Made by a program: the position numbers and the translations under genes. Of a stretch of 64,000 nt of DNA, positions 1 through 12,821 are shown piece by piece. The DNA comes from Tubulanus polymorphus (lineage: Eukaryota > Animalia > Nemertea): contig NC_134027.1 in assembly GCF_964204645.1 (NCBI RefSeq), forward strand, positions 3,380,485 to 3,444,484, written 5' to 3'. Below the pieces are notes generated by a model that saw nothing but the letters and a program-made list of their open reading frames with translations, was not told the origin of the DNA and did not search any database. How positions within the stretch are numbered: position 1 is the first letter of the stretch; each line of letters opens with the position of its first letter.

Positions 1-535
1 GTATATAGGTCTCTCTTGGTTTTCTCTCAATATCCAATTCTGTTCCTATTCTACAACCTTAATTTCATAAATAATTCATAAGGTTTCAAAATCTCTATGC
101 CAACTGGGGTTACAGGAAAGATCGCATGATTATAAATAATCTCCTGTAATTCAGTTGAAGGACACAGGCCTAGGCTATAGCCGCGACAATCACACAAGAG
201 CATTTTTGACCCGAGCTAAATTTTTCCCATGCCAGGGAGCCAACTGTGCACACTGGTGCCAAATGGACCCTTGTTTGTTTGGCATGAGCCTGATCAAAAA
301 CGTTGGAACACACTCTCTAGGTACGGGCCATGTTTGGTCCGGGGAAATTCAACTCCGTGTGATTGAGGCTCTTAGATAGGCCTGAATTCATAGGTTAGAA
401 AATATTCATGCCAACATTACTGAGGTTGCAGGAAAGATAGCATGATCTCCTGTCAGTCAGTTGAAGAATATGAACTATTTAACCAAGCAACATGAGTCCA
501 AAGTTAGATAATGGGTGTAATAACATTTCTTTCAG

Positions 536-1029
536 ATTGTATAGATTGTAACGATACTTCTCCTACACACAGTGTTCACTCCAACAATAGTGAGGACAGT
601 TGGTTGGTAACTCCTCCCGCTTGTTTTACTGCAGGGCAGCAAAAACTTGAAACGAGCTCCATGGAAAATTTACTCATAGAACATCCTAGTATGTCAGTGT
701 ATCATACGCGAGGCCGGCCGGGAAGCGCCGGTCTCGAAGAGTCTTCCTCAACCAGCAGTAACGATGCTGATGAAGCTGGTCCGAGTCGTCGCGCAGTAGT
801 TACAGCTCCTCACCACCGTCCTAGAGCTTTAGCTCATAGCGCCGCCGGGTTACTGACGCAGCAACTAAATAAACCTATGCAACGCGCCACTCAGAAGATC
901 GCCAAACGAAATATGAGCAAAAACAAGCTGAATCGCGTGAACAAAGTCCACGACTATCATCTTCGCTCAGGAAACAATTTACGTCGCAAGCAACACTTCG
1001 TCAACCAGCCTAACAAGAGGAAGTGCTAG
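536..1029 (+). CDS. TP53INP1/2 (DOR)-family autophagy/nuclear cofactor, terminal coding exon (upstream exons lie before the window)
   Basis: Acceptor tttcag ends at 535. The translation contains the DOR-family blocks EDSWLVTPPACFTAG and MENLLIEHPSMSVY and a basic C-terminus ending QPNKRKC*. About 2.4 kb of AT-rich sequence follows, probably the 3' UTR. Confidence 0.85.
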
Positions 1030-3782
1030 AAATTACTGATTTTAGTCTGATTTTAAATTCAACGTTTTGTTGCTTTGTATTTGGTGTTTGTTTTAATTCT
1101 ACCGTGATAACTTTAAAAAAAATAATACTAGCATCGCTCGGAGTTTTTATGATATTACTTTCCATAAAATGTAAAGCCCTGTTACAATACGCATAGCCTA
1201 CGTTACATAAGAGTTTATTGAGTACGCAATATTTTCAACCAAAATAAAACGAAATAATTTTTTGTTCGGTGAAAAAAAATGTATTGAAATGAATTGCCCA
1301 ACTACCTCAGGGATGTGGACATCCTTAAAACTTCGTTTTTACATTTGAAATAGCTGTTGTAAAAATATTAAAGCAAATATTTTATTGAAACCTTACATCG
1401 TAAGTGATTAACCCGGTTGGCAAAATTCCGAGTTAAATGAACAAACCTCAGAAATCAGTTTTAAAGGTTCAATAAGACACAGTCCTATCTTAGTGCCATG
1501 TAAATCATTTGCATAATCTCTGAGTGTGATATATTACCATCAGTTTATCATCAATGAAATACGTGTCAAACAACGGTGCCGTCATCATGCAGCAATATTT
1601 AATAACAGGAAAAATAGGGTGAAAAAAAAATTGTGTATGTAAATTGTATAGATTTATGCCTTTGTTAGAATTCCATGTTGCAATATTAAATTATGTATAT
1701 CAAATGATTATATACATGAAAAAAAATTAGTATTTCTTCCTATCGAAGACTGCTTGTTAATTAATATTTATAATAATTAATCGATTATCACTTTCATACA
1801 ATAATCATACATTCAAGTTAATTGTTAATTATCAATGGGTAGATTATATGAATAGACCATGGGTGTTTATTATCAGGACTGATATATATGTGTAATCAAG
1901 GGAATGTATAATTAATGGATATTGCAAGCAAGCCACCATGTGCATTTTTTGTCATAAAATTGACAAGAAACATCGAATTGTTAATATCTGTGAGTGAATG
2001 GATCTTGAAGAATGATGTGATAATGTTGGCTTGATATAACTTTTGGGTTGAAAAGTTGATTTTCAAAATGTGATCAAAAATGATTTTAGGATTAGTTTAG
2101 GATGAATTTAGGATTATATAATTGATTCTGGTGGTAGTGGTTTTGTTTGTCTGATTATAATTGATGTCAAATCAAATATCATTTGTGATTTTTCATTTTT
2201 ATAGCATTCCCAGGCCCGTAGAAGGCTCCTGTAGAAAGTTAGCGCTGGATACTATTTCACAGTGAATAGTATTATTATAAGAATGTCTTGCTGGAAGGGG
2301 CAACAAAATGTTTAAACCTAGTTAGTGTCTGCAGGTTATGGGTAACACAATGCTTTTAATGGTTTTTTTTAGTTGATCACATTTTCAAATTCAGCTTCTA
2401 TACAATTTTCCAATGATCTCAACGCTAGAAACTGCTGCAGTTATACTGAAATATATCAGTACACGCAGTTTTTAGTGGTAAATCAATTTCTAAATTCCAT
2501 GGCAACTTTCAATCTAAATGCACAGATGCGTGCCTCAAAAACGTGTAACGGTACAACTACGTGAAATACCCTGGATATATTCACACAATAACTGAACTGA
2601 ACTATTACACGAGTCTCAAAAACACTGGAATATATGTGGTTTGTAAAATAGTCAACAGCGCACATGATACCAGCAAAATCCAGATATTGACCGAGCGAGG
2701 AATATTTTGACCTGTGATATAAATGAAATGATGGATAAGTAAGATAAGTAAGATCTCCATCACGCAGGGTTTGGACCTGTATAGTTCTCTAGTCAATCTG
2801 TCTACGTGAAATCTGAATTAAAGAATGTTACATCTATAAACATCTCCGCAAGGCAGCAATTAGCTTATATTGTGTGTATATAGGAACAATCGTTCACTGT
2901 ATGCGACCATTGTATGTGTTGTTTTATGTGACATTACTATCTGAAAGATAAAAGGCAGCCATTTTCCATCATAAGAAGTGTGTGAAACGCTATCAGTAAT
3001 TCATGTCATGTGAAAAATGTAACATCAAAAAACACACTAACCATACTGAGATTATCATCTTAAAATCAACATCACTGATATTCAAATTTCAGTCGAACCA
3101 TATAACATACTAGCTCGTTAACATCTGTTCAGTCAAAAGCAGATCCGATACTCTAGTTTTTCATGCCATTAGCTGATATCACTTTCATTTTTGGATTGGT
3201 GGAAACATGTTAATACATGTAACAAGATCACTGGTTGATGTTATCTTACCAGTATAAAATATGCACTGAATATGAATGATGGATCCAGACTTTTAAAAAG
3301 TGTTTAAATGTTTTGTGTAAGTGAGAGATTGATCACAGTCTGAGAATTTAAACTAGTTTTGATATTTTTGTTGTATGTGAAGTGATATTATATAAGTATA
3401 GCCTCGTATTAAACTGTGTTGTAAACTATTTCATTAATCAAATAACATGTTCCACACCTTGGTCTCTTAGTATAATCATTAATATTATACATAATATAAC
3501 CTGAATGTACATTACATTCATTTGTTATAAATACACTGAATTATGGTTGGTTCATATGTATTTGAATTGTACCCAGTAGTTTAAGAAAGCAAGGGGTTGA
3601 TAAGATCTAAAATAATGAGTGAATCAGTAGAAGAGAATGTTTGTATGTTACAAAAAAGGTGCAACAGAATAAATGGTTCTCTTGAACTCAAGACATTGGT
3701 TTTTCTTTAAGAACTTCTTTGGGTCGAAGCATCAAATAGGAATTGCCATCGAAGAATAAGCCTTTACATCTGTGAAATCCTC

Positions 3783-3891
3783 GGCCCGGTTTTATAGATT
3801 GGTACCATCTTTAACCCAGGGGTTAACTCGATTAAAAATGAAATGTGTTAACTCCCATGATAAAGATAATACCAGTCTATAAAACCAGCCC
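3783..3891. mobile_element. Short MITE with Harbinger/PIF-like ends
   Basis: Imperfect terminal inverted repeats ggcccggttttatagattggta ... taccagtctataaaaccagccc. A related copy lies at 50563-50727. Confidence 0.6.
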
Positions 3892-3988
3892 CTGCATACT
3901 ACTTGACTAACCTGAGGCAACGTGAAAGAATGAGAAGCAAAATCAATCATTATTCTTATAAGTTTATTCTTACCACATTAGCAGAATG

Positions 3989-5943
3989 TCAACTAATCTC
4001 AGTAGTATTTGATGATCTTAATTTTCTAACTTTATCCATGAACTTATTCACTCTAACGCTATCTACTGGATTTAGCCAATTTCCATTTTCCTTGAAATGA
4101 GATCCAACTATAAGTCCATGAGCTTTGCTGTATAGTTCTATATTGTCCGAAGTGACGCCAGAACCGATCAATACCGGTAAATTACATTCATTTCTTGCAT
4201 CTGAAAACAAACCATGATATTATTTAATCGCGCTGTTATTCACTGATCCAGTGCAATTGATCCCAGTAATTAGCCCCTAAAAAGATTACACTTGTTTATT
4301 GAGTTGGTTATCCAGGGATTTCAATTACAGTTGAACTTTGTTAATTCTGTATAAGATGAAACCAATTTCTTACAATAATTTGCGGTATGTCCCAGCTAAC
4401 ATATCAATCCAGATTTGGATAATGCAAAACCCGTTTAATACGAACATTTGTTCACTTTTGCCCACAAGATTTGAGGTTCCTCTCTTATTGCAAAAAAGTT
4501 CAAGGATTTTCCCTTTTCCTAACTGCATTTGTTTCGAATGTGAAGAGCAGTGACTTCTATCTGATATAATGCAACAATAATAGCGAGGGTGTATAATTAC
4601 ATCCAAAACATCGGGTGATGGATGTCACTGACATTGAGGTAAATATAATGTATTGCCCTTGAAACACAGTATTTCACATAAATGTTCCATACTTTTAAGG
4701 GGTTAATAGAGAATATCTCACCTGTAAATTCATTGACATCAGTTACTGCACCAGTTGAAGTTCCTGTTAAAATCACTCCATCGCTTAGAAAGAATTCAGC
4801 AGCTTTTACTGTTTCAGTGATGCTTACATCAGAAGTTATAGCATGAGAACTAAAGCAGAAATTACCAAGTCGATCAAGTCATGATATCAATTAAATGCTG
4901 ACATAAGACAGTTAAATGCTCATGGTTCCCACAGTGTACCGGGAAATTGGGAATTGTAAAATAATATTTCCCCGTTTGGAAATATTTGGGAGATTTACAG
5001 TTTTTCCTTTTATCCTCTTATTTGGGAAAAGTATTTCCCAATTCATGTAGCATAGTTCAATTGCTTTCCCTAGGGCAACTTTGGAACAACTAGAGGGATT
5101 TTGAATTCATTGTGGGAACCATGTGTCTAATGTAAAGTTTAACAGTTTTACCTGTGTTTCTTTTTAACATCTGTGAACACGTGAATGTGTTCAGCTCCAA
5201 TTTGTCGACGATATCGTAAAACTTCAGCAGCGCATGAATTCATTAACCCTTCATCAGCGACATGCGCGAAAACAAAACCCTCAGCGCGAATGTAATCTAA
5301 CCCTGAAACGTGAAAAATGATTGCTCAATAATTCTAACATTAAATGATACATCTGAATACAGTTATAAATTATCTACCTGCAGCTAATGCCACTGCCAAA
5401 GCTTGATGATTTGCTCCCGCTAAAATCTGTATTCCTAGAGGAATATTGGGACACTGGTCACGGATTTTACAGCAAACAGCAGTCATGGAAGCAACTATTT
5501 CAGGTCCAACTTGAGATGTATGTTGATATGGTATGTCATGCATGTTTTCAATTAAAATACTATCCTGCAAATAAAAGTGATCAAAAGATTTATTTAAAAT
5601 ATGCCCCAGACTCAGAACACTCATGGAGGTCAGTCACACAGAAAACTAAACTTAAGAACCTTATTCTAATTTACCACATTAGCAGATTTATATATTTCAA
5701 CATCTTTCAGTGCCCGTTCTATTATCGCATCCATCTTATGTGTACATTTAGGTGTTCCTGTAAGTCAAAATATCAATAAAATAAATTTAAATTGAATTGA
5801 TGACCCGCGATCTTCACAAAAATTTGCTAAAACATAGCTTTTTATGACATGACAGTTTTACCTGGTAGTGCATCTACGTGAACCATGCCGATAACATTAA
5901 AAAGGGTTCTGCCAAATAATGTTTTAAACCGATTTAAAGCCAT
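3989..5943 (-). CDS. BtpA/SgcQ-family TIM-barrel protein (F13E9.13-like), 6 exons
   Basis: Spliced translation MALNRFKTLFGRTLFNVIGMVHVDALPG|TPKC...|DSILIENMHDIPY...PLGIQILAGANHQALAVA...|LDYIRAEGFVFAHVADEGLMN...VFTDVKKKH|SSHAITSDVSI...DGVILTG...|LPVLIGSGVT...IVGSHFK. Exons approx. 5862-5943, 5675-5757, 5378-5564, 5152-5302, 4722-4849 and 3989-4201, with GT-AG boundaries. Confidence 0.9.
4921..5123. mobile_element. MITE with hAT-like CA(T/G)GGTTCC ends, in a BtpA intron
   Basis: Perfect 13-bp TIRs catggttcccaca ... tgtgggaaccatg, with internal gggaa-type subrepeats. No clear TSD. Confidence 0.6.
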
Positions 5944-5989
5944 TTTGTGGATATTAGTGGAGAATTTTGCACAAGTTTGTAGATTTTTA

Positions 5990-6720
5990 AATGCGGAAGT
6001 AAACCGGAAACGGAAATGGTGGATTCAACTCTGAACTCAAAATCGACCAATCATAAAGCAGGAATCTAATAACAAGTATGGCGTCCATTCCCACCGCCCT
6101 CACATAAAACTTACCGCTTCAACATTACATTTTTCAGTGTCAGACTTATCGCAAATCCTAAAAGATAGTGAATATATTTTTTTCAAGTTGATTTCTTGCG
6201 ATTGTTATAACTTGTGATGTAAATGAAAATCAATTACGTTAGAAATAGTTCAAAAAACAATTCATGCAGACGCTTTTTCTTATGTTCGAAAAATGATTAA
6301 ATTGCCGCTTCGTAAATAATTGAATTAAGTATGAAAAAATGAAAATCATATCAGTTTTAAGCTAAAAACCATTAGAGGTTTGATAGTTATACATTTCTCT
6401 AAAATGAAAATAAGTTTTCATGGGCTATGAATCCAGCATTTCATAGTTGAAAAAACTTCCTTTGTCCGAAATTGACGCGAAAAAGCCGCCAAACTAATTG
6501 AATTTCGTACTTGAAATAATTCACTACTACTATTAGAATTAATTTCAAATATAGGCAAAACTGTAAAAGAAATATGATTCAAAGCCTTGATACATTTATT
6601 TTTAACTTTTAACACTTTTTATATGTTATTAAGTCTTAGGAAAAATTGCGCGAAATATCGGCGCGATGCGCGGACGCGATGCGTATTCGTTCTATTGGCG
6701 GGCCCCATTCTGATGTTCGC
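5990..6720. promoter_or_regulatory. Divergent BtpA/cyclin E promoter with an E2F site cluster
   Basis: ETS-like gcggaagt/ccggaa at 5994-6013 and CCAAT at 6047. E2F-type sites gacgcgaaaa and gccgccaaa at 6474-6493, gcgcgaaa at 6648-6655 and ttggcggg near 6695. CpG-rich patch at 6645-6740. Confidence 0.7.
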
Positions 6721-7226
6721 TGAGCTCGAAGGCGGTTGCAGGTTGGTAGTTCTTCTTCTTGATTATCTTCCATCACATGCGATCTTTGACAATTTTGTTA
6801 GGTTGATAACATATAACAAGGATTTAAGAATGGTTGTAAATAACTTGTAGCTTATTAATGGGTTGTTTTATTCGGGAAAGTCGATGAACATTTGATGATG
6901 ATCACTCGCGGTAGTTAGTCTGTTCACCCTTCTTTTTCTGGTTCTTTGGTTTCTGTATTTTATGATCATGATTGAATTCCGATATCGTTAGAATGGTGAT
7001 ATAGGGCTATGCTTTAAGATATTTATTAGTTATTTTGGAAATTAATAACTTGAAATAAAGTAGTTTCTCATTCTTTGACTTGTTAGAAAGCATGGTCCAA
7101 GGCTCACACCACCACCCACCCAGCTGATGCCATGCATCCACCAGCCAGGAATTCTTCAAATTTTGTCAACTAATCAATGTCTTTATATCATTCTAGGTTT
7201 ATGATCATTTTGAAATTGTGATTTAT

Positions 7227-10200
7227 ATGATGCCTAGAAAAAGGTAGGTTTTTCCATATGGATACTTCTCATACGATACTTAAGCTTTTAAAAGAAAAAA
7301 GGCATTACCATCATGATTTTCCATTCTCATGGACTGCATCAACAACCATGTTTATACCTCTCATTTCAGTATCCGTATCCAGAGTCAGAAATCGTCTAGT
7401 TCGTCTCTGAAGTCTTCAAATTCTGCTAATATCAAGGCAGTACCAATAATCCTCAACCGAAAGAGAAAAGCTGAAGAGGTACATTCATTTATGATTCCGT
7501 TTGCAAATTTTTTAACCTCAAAGAAACTCCATCCTAGATATTTTGGTGATTGATAGTAATGATAATGATTATATTGATTATTTTTACAGGATCCGGAAGG
7601 CATGTCACTGGAAAAAAGAAGGCATTTGAGTGAGGTAAGGAAACTCATTAATTTCTTCTAAGATTTTGGCTACACTACACCTGGTTTAACAAGAGAGATT
7701 TGTCATTTGATTTGTTAAGGTTAACTTTGGTTTTGCATATCAAATCTTGACTGTGTCTTGTAAGTTAAACTCTACCGTAAGAGGCGGGCTCGTTGATAGG
7801 TGATAATGAGCTCAGGAGTAAAAACCTCAGGATTATCGATTGACAAATTACTCTTATTTAGGCGTTTAAAGAACCTTTTCTTATCTAAGTCCGTGTTGAG
7901 CAAAGATCTGACTTAGAAAAAGTTTAGTTCATTTTGATAAGTCATTCATACCTGGTAGTTAATGAGTTGTGATGCTTAAGTGCTAATCGATTCACTAAGC
8001 GTTTTAAGATTTTATTAAAATATCGGAATTTGCACTGAAAAAAATGTTGGAATTAGCGCTATATTTGTTAGATACCAGTATGTCAGAAAATATCGCTGTC
8101 GAGTTGACATCTACCTGAAGATCAGCTGATGAGTTAAAAGGATGGTGACCTATAAAATGTGTTTCTATGGGTGTCCCGGGACCGGGTTGTCTATTGTATG
8201 ACTGGCTGTTCTATAGAGTTGCTATGTATTGCTCGGAATAAATCTTCCATGAGGCACGAATTACCCTGGCGTGTTTCTATAGGAATGTGTTTTGATCGGT
8301 GGGCTTGAATTCATGAAAACTGGTTTTCTTTCGAGTGAACCCTTGGTAACTTTAATGATATATAGATTCACAATGGTCGTTTTGTTTATAGAGTATAAAT
8401 ATACCAGTGTAGTCTTGGTTTAACCCTGACGCCTGCCTGGAATGTTTCTGGCTGTCTAAAAATAGATAATCCAGACATCTGCACTTCGCAACATGTGTTA
8501 AGGTGAAAATGTATCTTAATTTGGAAATATCAGCCATACTTATATTTATACCAATTACAAGATATCAGATGTTTATAAATTCATCTCTCGGTCAACTCCC
8601 TGAGAGATGAATTTGATTAGACTCATATCTTCTCCCATCATATGTCATATTTCACATATAATCAGTTATAGTGGCTCGTGCTGTGTGCCTATATAATATT
8701 TAGTGCTAATTGTTTTCTGTGAAGTACATTTCTTCAGATACCTTCAATTGATATTATAAAAGTACAGGAATTATTAATACGGGGCATGGCACGCGTCTAC
8801 ATGTGGCACGCGTTTCGGCAGATGTTTTGATTGTTTGTCGTCGTTTTCATGTTAATGCTTCATTATGACTCGGAAAGAAAAGGCGCTTTTCACCGCAATT
8901 TTTGTCGGTTATTGTATTTTTATGGAGAGCGCGGACGTGTGCCAAAATGATTGCATTTCAAATTCATATAGCACAATAGCTTCTTAATGTGCTGGAATGA
9001 CTAGATTCTATAGATGGAGATATTGTTCAAGGGTCATATAGGCAGCTGCAGTCAACTCAGAATCTGAAAATCACCTGGTATTATCAAAGATTGTGCTGGT
9101 TCATCTGGCTTCATTCAGTTTGCCATCTGCTTCCACATGCCTATACACAATATTAATAGTTAGATGCCATTTTTAGAGACTCGATGATTGGAATCCCTCA
9201 TCTTCCTTATTTTCAGTCAGTTTTGTTTGGTTTGTTTAATTACTGATAGTTTGAGATCAGTCATTGTGTCTCTAGATACATAATTAACTCTAACTAACTG
9301 TCTGCCACTTAGCTGGCTAATTGACTGAGAAATTAAATACTTGGCTTGCGATACTAATTACCATTTCATCATCACCATCTTAGTGGCTATTGAGTTTTCA
9401 AATCATGATGACTGAAAAGGTTTTTTCTCAATGCATAATTAGTTTGTAAGAAGAATAGTTTAATCTGGATAGAAATGTTAAAGGTAGTAATCTGTAGGAT
9501 TTGGGCATAATTGTTTGTAGTTTGTGAAGTGTAAATGAGACATGTTAAACTAGGTCAGTGTATGAATGGGCATTGGGCTTGATGAGTCGTCTATGTACTC
9601 ACTGCCCAGTCTATTGTTTGGTGATGTAATCAGTTGGTCAGGGTTCTTGTAGAGTGTTATTATAGGTTAATACCAGGTGCTCAATGTGTTATAGCCTTAA
9701 CTTTAAACAGAGGAATTAACACACATAAATCTTGCTTGTAACATGGATGTTTGTGATGGTGAAGTCATTGTAAGTTAAGAATTGTGTTTAAATGATTAAA
9801 TATTTGGTTTCCTCACTTAATCAATGCGTTGTCTATGAGAATTTTGAATATAGCTGTTAACCAAACCAATTCAGTTTTGAGGTGTGGATGCCGATTTGAA
9901 ATTTGAATTTTAAGAAGGAAATTCTCATGAACGATTGAATGATGTTTATATGGTATATAAATGGGTGAAACTCTGTTTAGAAATGAGTGTATGATGAAGA
10001 AAAGTTTTCAATGAAGTTTTTTTCTCATTTCAGAATCAATGGGTCCCCATATCCGTTGACACATCTGTTTATGGAGGTGCAATAAAACCTAGCCGACCGG
10101 TACCGGTAGATATGGTCGTGAGTCAGAAATTACCCATCGATGAATTTGCTTCACAGTTTCGATTTTCGGACTACTTCACAACACCGTCTCATCTACGACC

Positions 10201-11791
10201 GTGTCCGCTGCCTCGACTTGACTGGGCTGATTCTAAGGAGGTTTGGCAAGTGATGCTGAAAAAAGATGAACTATACATTCGTAATCCACAAATGTTGGAT
10301 GATCATCCACAGTTACAAATGAAAATGAGGACTATTCTCTTAGATTGGTTGGTTGAGGTTAGTTTTTCTATTAAACATAATTGACATAATTGGTTTCTGT
10401 CTATCTTTATGTTAGAGAAAAACTCTCAGTAGAAAGATTGATCTTAATGTTTCAACACAATTGCTACACATCATCTTCATAACTGAAGATACGAAAATGC
10501 CCGTAGCAATAAAGTTAATACATAAGGCATTAAGATAACTTAAATACTGTTATGCTTTCGATGATCAGTTTTTCTCTAATAAATAGACATTAATTCTTGA
10601 TAATGTGCGATGTTTTGTAGATGCTAAATTGTTTGTTTTATTGTGTATGACAGGTCTGTGAAGTGTATCGATTAACGAGAGACACTTATTATCTGGCTGT
10701 CGATTTCATCGATCGTTATTTATCGGCTGCTAAAAACGTTGGCAAAGAAAAACTGCAACTGTTAGGCATTTCGGCCTTATTCATCTCATCGAAAACCGAG
10801 GAAATTTATCCACCGAAATTGGCGGATTTTGCTTACGTAACAGATGGCGCTTGTTCTGAAGAGGAAATATTGGCTATGGAATTAATTATGTTGAAGGTAA
10901 ATATAGTGATCATTACTGATTTTCTCGTCTTAACCACTATAATAATCATATCTGCTTTGAGCGATAAAAGGTAACATTCTCTTATGCTTATTTCAGACTC
11001 TGAAGTGGGATCTGTGTCCTATGACATCAATTCAATGGATGAATCTGTTCCTGCAGTTGATGAATACAGAGGAAGAAGATATGGAAACCGATAATGGCTT
11101 ACTGTTACCTCAGTATTCCTCACATTTTTACGTTCAATTAGCTAGGGTAAGAATCAGAGTTAGTGAAATCATTCCACATATACTGAAGCTTTTGAATCAT
11201 ACGTTTTAAAAGTGATTTTGTAAATTTTATTTATTTCAGTTATTGGATCTAGTAACATTGGATGCCGAATCATTACAATTTACATATGGTGTGTTAGCTG
11301 CCTCAGCATTTTGTCATTTGATATCCGAACAAGTCGCTATGTCTGTATCTGGTAGGTACTTGTCGAATTCTCTCACTCTCCTTATCACATTATATTTCTA
11401 TATGATGGAAAAATTAATGAATTTTGTCATTATAGGTTTTAAATGGATTGATTTGGCTCCATGCGTTGAATGGATGTTACCTTATGCGTTAACTGTGGAA
11501 GAGCTGGGACATGTCGAGATGAAATATTACAGTAATGTCAGTCCAGAAATGGCTCATTTCATACAAACACATGTGATTGAGTTAGGAATACTAGTAAGTA
11601 TTGACTACTGGTTAGGTCGTTTCATTATCTGTATTGGCGGCAATCTTTAACATTTGAATTTGTCTTTGCAGGAAAGTGTAAAGAATAAGAAATTTGAATT
11701 GACATCATCGCGAGCTAGTCCTGATGTTGATATGCAGCAGGATACCGGGTTACTGACTCCACCACAGAGTAGCAAAAAATGTGATGGCTGA
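7227..11791 (+). CDS. CCNE: G1/S-specific cyclin E, 9 coding exons
   Basis: Contains the cyclin box ([48 protein letters not shown]), [14 protein letters not shown] and the C-terminal Fbw7 phosphodegron [10 protein letters not shown]. Exons approx. 7227-7243, 7370-7478, 7590-7633, 10034-10357, 10654-10896, 10997-11146, 11240-11351, 11436-11593 and 11672-11791. Confidence 0.95.
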
Positions 11792-12655
11792 ATCCATTCT
11801 TCGATGAAAATAAGTTGTGTTTGTGTTAGCTGCTGAGACTGTGATCAAATATAAGAAATTGATGATGATCCATTTAATGGATTATTTGCAGAGAGAAATG
11901 CTTGTCAGCATTTTGATTAAGGATGCAACTATGATTCTAGTTATTTTGAATGAAAATATGCAGTTTGAAAGTTTCACTTGAATTTGCAATTGTTCACAAT
12001 CTTTAGTTTATCATATTGTATCTTCATCTGTGATGCATGTTTCTACCATAGTTGCATTTATTTTTAGTTATGGTTGTGTATTCATAATCAAATCAAGAGA
12101 TACCACAATTGTCTCTTGATTACGTGCAGCATTTTGACGGGCATTTCAATTGTTTTAAGGAGAAATAAATCACAGGTCAATATGTTTCTGTTAGCTCGAG
12201 ATCTGGTGAAAAGGTGCCATTTTAAAAACCATGTGTATGTGCTCAATTACTGTTAAACATCAAACTTCAAGGATATGTTTCCTTTGGATTCATTTGTGTA
12301 GAATCTGCTAGTTATTGTATTGCTCAAATATGTACGCTCTGAAGTGAGAGTTTCTCTTGGCAGGGTCATATGTATAGTTGGTTAAATAAGTTAACCATAT
12401 CTGGGAGAATAATATTTAAGCTAGCATTTTGATTTATTTCATTTTTAGATGCAAATCAACCGCTTTTATCTATTGAAACTTGGCATTGCTTTTTATTACA
12501 CTCCGATTATTTAAGTACTGAATTCAGTCTCTAAATTTCTGTAGATGAAGAATGAACTATTTATTTTGCATGCACAGCTTAGGTTTTAGATAAATTTTGT
12601 TCGATTGTAATTAATACTGAATTATTTAAACATTTTATAGAATCACAGGAAGTAC

Positions 12656-12821
12656 TACAGTGGAACCTTGTTGCAATGCACTTCCGGGGATCTGTCTGTT
12701 CGTTATAACCAAGTATGGTTATATCAAGTATGAAGAAACTGTCCTGTTTGGAATGAAATTTTAGGTTTAAAATAACTGATAAATTGTTATATCTGAGGTC
12801 GTCGAAACGAGGTCCACTGTA
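12656..12821. mobile_element. Tc1/mariner (pogo/Tigger-like) MITE in the probable cyclin E 3' UTR
   Basis: TA|CAGTGGAACCT ... AGGTCCACTG|TA, i.e. TIRs with a TA target duplication. A related copy lies at 59851-60022. Confidence 0.75.

Noticed and set aside
3989-5943. BtpA-like gene as bacterial contamination or recent horizontal transfer
   Set aside because: It has five canonical spliceosomal introns and host-like composition.
8122-8160. CTGATGAG, a hammerhead ribozyme core, in the cyclin E intron
   Set aside because: No stem II followed by GAAA, and no pairing stems I and III.
9572-9610. Small hairpin tgggc..tgagt..actca..gccca as a possible SECIS or snoRNA
   Set aside because: It is intronic, has no SECIS quartet or apical AA geometry and no C/D box pair, and no in-frame TGA selenoprotein lies nearby.
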